DNA of 60,861 nucleotides from Myxococcales bacterium (GTDB lineage Bacteria; Myxococcota_A; UBA9042; JABWCM01; BTVJ01): NCBI GenBank assembly GCA_045863395.1, contig BTVJ01000046.1, positions 1 to 60,861 of the forward strand, read 5' to 3'. Shown piece by piece: positions 58,709 to 60,861 of this stretch (position 1 is its first letter; each line of letters starts with the position of its first letter). The notes under the pieces were generated by a model. It saw only the letters and a program-made list of their open reading frames with translations, ran no database searches and was not told where the DNA came from. The position numbers and the translations under genes were made by a program.

Positions 58709-59338
58709 CTACAACGCCGCGACGGCCTCTCGGATGGCAGCGGCGACCTCGGGGATGGGCCGCTCTGCGTCCAGGACCAGCACGTTGGCGAGCGCCCCGT
58801 CGGCCACGAGGGCGTCATAGCAGGCGGCAACGCGGGTCAGCGTCTCCTCCCGCTCGTAGAGCTCCCGGGCGTCCCCCTGGCGGCGCGAGACGCGCGCCAG
58901 GGCGCGGACCGGATCGAGGCGCAGCAGCACCGTGAGGTCGGGAGCGTCCGCCCGCGCGTTGATGGCGCGCACCCACGAGAGAGGCAGGTCCAGCGACTGG
59001 TAGGCGAGGGACGATCCTACATAGCGGTCGCTGACCACGTGGACTCCCGCGCGCAGGCAGGGGTGCACCTCCGCATCCAGGTGGTCGAGGCGATCCGCCG
59101 CAAACAGGAGCGCGACCGCCCCCGCCTCCAACGGCCGGGACGCGCCCTCCCCGGCCGGCACGACCACCCGGTGCCGCAGCACCTGCCGCAGCAGCACGCC
59201 AACGGGGCCATCGCTGGGCTCACGGGTCGTGTGGACCGCTTCCCCCCGGGAGCGGAGCCAGTCCACGAGCAGCGCGGTCTGGGTGGTGGTGCCGGCGCCG
59301 TCGATGCCCTCCAGGGCGATGAACTTACCTGTTGCCAC
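58709..59338 (-). CDS. tmk: Thymidylate kinase
   Basis: FIALEGIDGAGTTTQ, TREP, LLFAADR, SDRY..SSLAYQ. Confidence 0.93.
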   Translation of the reverse strand: MATGKFIALEGIDGAGTTTQTALLVDWLRSRGEAVHTTREPSDGPVGVLLRQVLRHRVVVPAGEGASRPLEAGAVALLFAADRLDHLDAEVHPCLRAGVHVVSDRYVGSSLAYQSLDLPLSWVRAINARADAPDLTVLLRLDPVRALARVSRRQGDARELYEREETLTRVAACYDALVADGALANVLVLDAERPIPEVAAAIREAVAAL

Positions 59339-59342
59339 GGGC

Positions 59343-60110
59343 CTACTCGCAGGGCAGCTCGACGGGGCGCGTCCCCGCCGGACAAGGGTAGCGGAAGGTC
59401 TCGGCGTCCACCTCGACGCCCGGGTCCACGGCCCGGTAGACCAGCTTGAGATCGACGTCCTGCGCGGGCATGAGGGCCTGGAGGACGTGGGGCAGCCGCG
59501 CGTCCCCCACGGGGCGCCAGTCATCGAAGGTCAGGCTCATCACCACGTCCCCGCCCTTGCGGATCTCGCTCCGGTAGACCTCCCAGGAGCAGGGGTCGGC
59601 TCCGATCTCCTGCTCCACCCCGTCCCCGCGCAAGCGCAGCACCGCGAGGCCGTCGTCCTCGTCCCAGCCCACCTCCGCCGCCGTGTGGGCGATGAGCGGG
59701 GTGCCGCCGAGCAGGACGTGGACGATGTCCTCGCCGCGGAGGGGGAGCGGCAGCAGTCGGCCGATGTTTCGCGGGCACGCGGGGCCCGTGTGGCACAGGT
59801 CGGAGCCCCGCTCGTGCTGGGTGAAGCGCTCGCCGTCAGACGTCAGGATCGCCACCAGATCGTCTGTCGGGCTCAGCGCCTCGAAGCGCAGGGCAGCCGG
59901 GCGCTGGACGACCAGGACCACCGCCCCTTTGCGCGCGCCCTCCGGGGCGTAGTAGGAGGCCCGGGCGTCCACCGCCAGGGTGGGGAGCACCTGCCGCCGC
60001 GCCTCGATGCGAGAGAGCACGATCGCCGGATCCGACTCCAGGGAGCGGGGGCGGGCGTACCTGGTGCAGCCGGAGATGACGAGCAGGAGCACGACGATGA
60101 AGCGCCACAT
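59343..60110 (-). CDS. Lipoprotein of LolA/LolB-like fold (DUF4292-like)
   Basis: Lipobox ISGC; RPAALRFEALSP, SDGERF, LLGG, FDDW..LPH. Confidence 0.65.
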   Translation of the reverse strand: MWRFIVVLLLVISGCTRYARPRSLESDPAIVLSRIEARRQVLPTLAVDARASYYAPEGARKGAVVLVVQRPAALRFEALSPTDDLVAILTSDGERFTQHERGSDLCHTGPACPRNIGRLLPLPLRGEDIVHVLLGGTPLIAHTAAEVGWDEDDGLAVLRLRGDGVEQEIGADPCSWEVYRSEIRKGGDVVMSLTFDDWRPVGDARLPHVLQALMPAQDVDLKLVYRAVDPGVEVDAETFRYPCPAGTRPVELPCE

Positions 60111-60186
60111 GGGCGCGCATCCTAGCGTGGACGGACGGCGCGGTCCATGCCACCTTGTCGGGCGAAGCTGGGAGACCCATGGAGTG

Positions 60187-60693
60187 ATGGAGCAGCCCCC
60201 GACCAGAGAGCCCCCCCGGGTGGACCCGCCCCACCGAGCAGAGATCCACCGCGCCGCCGAGGTGGGCACGAACGTCACGGCGCCCGCCACCCCGGAGGGC
60301 TTCCGGCCGGTGGCATCCCCGGCGGTGCGGGCCCTGCTCGTCGTGGCGGGCACCCTCTCAGTGGGGCTCGGCGTCCTCGGCGCCTTCCTCCCGGTGCTCC
60401 CCACCACCCCGTTCCTGCTCCTCGCCGCCGCCTGCTACGCCCGCGCCTCCCGCCGCCTGTACGCCCGCCTCGTCGGCAGCCCCACCTTCGGCCCCACCAT
60501 CCGCGCCTGGCAGCAGAGCCGCGCCATCCCTCGCCGGGCCAAGCGCGTCGCCCTCGCCATGATCGCGCTGTCGTTCGGCGTCTCGATCTCCGTGGTGGGC
60601 ATCCTGTGGGCGCGCATCGCCATGGCCGCGCTGGGCATCACGCTCCTCGTGTGGATGGCGCGCAGACCCGAGCCACCCGATGAGGCGCACTAG
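60187..60693 (+). CDS. ybaN: YbaN/DUF454 inner-membrane protein
   Basis: LGVLGAFLPVLPTTPFLLLAAACYARAS, FGP..W..AIPRRAK. Confidence 0.9.
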   Translation: MEQPPTREPPRVDPPHRAEIHRAAEVGTNVTAPATPEGFRPVASPAVRALLVVAGTLSVGLGVLGAFLPVLPTTPFLLLAAACYARASRRLYARLVGSPTFGPTIRAWQQSRAIPRRAKRVALAMIALSFGVSISVVGILWARIAMAALGITLLVWMARRPEPPDEAH

Positions 60694-60854
60694 TAGGGCG
60701 TCGCCGAAGTAATGATGCAACCGGGAGGGCCGATCCATCCCCGCCAGGCGCCCGGCCCAAGCTTGAAATACCATGAGTATTCCGGCGCTTGGGCCGAACG
60801 CCTGGCGGGGCGCCTCGACCCTCCGGATTGCATCATTACTTATGCGACGCCCTA
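60694..60854. mobile_element. 161-bp palindromic MITE flanked by CTAG
   Basis: Left end TAGGGCGTCGCCGAAGTAATGATGCAACCGGGAGGG versus reverse complement of the right end TAGGGCGTCGCATAAGTAATGATGCAATCCGGAGGG; CTAG at 60690-60693 and 60855-60858. Confidence 0.8.
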
Positions 60855-60861
60855 CTAGCCC

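Overview
Very high-GC chromosomal segment with Myxococcota-like features (many Cys-rich lipoproteins, a Ser/Thr kinase, a MXAN_5187-type protein, a sigma54 promoter). The backbone is housekeeping: tolB-like, hflX, pepA, lysC, ssb, rimO-lolA-ftsK, pyrG, tsaB-rseP, yacG, an M16 peptidase pair, lipB, tmk and ybaN. The standout accessory module (6424-15925) is a three-gene unit. It encodes a double-AAA+ ATPase resembling the eCIS cargo loaders Afp15/Pvc15, a ~2100-aa polymorphic-toxin-like protein, and a translationally coupled orphan immunity candidate. The large protein ends in a helix-hairpin-helix (HhH) DNA-binding module fused to an R-S-ExE ADP-ribosyltransferase (ART). A second ATPase paralog (50103-52106) sits with a WD40 gene opposite a sigma54-driven zinc metalloprotease that has no signal peptide. 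No injection-system structural genes are present in the window. Other notable items are a probable ATC start for hflX, a 15-bp AT-rich motif shared upstream of ssb and pyrG, a domain-inserted alpha-2-macroglobulin, a decayed surface-protein pseudogene, and a 161-bp palindromic MITE inserted at the ybaN stop codon. All calls come from reading motifs by eye; no searches were run.
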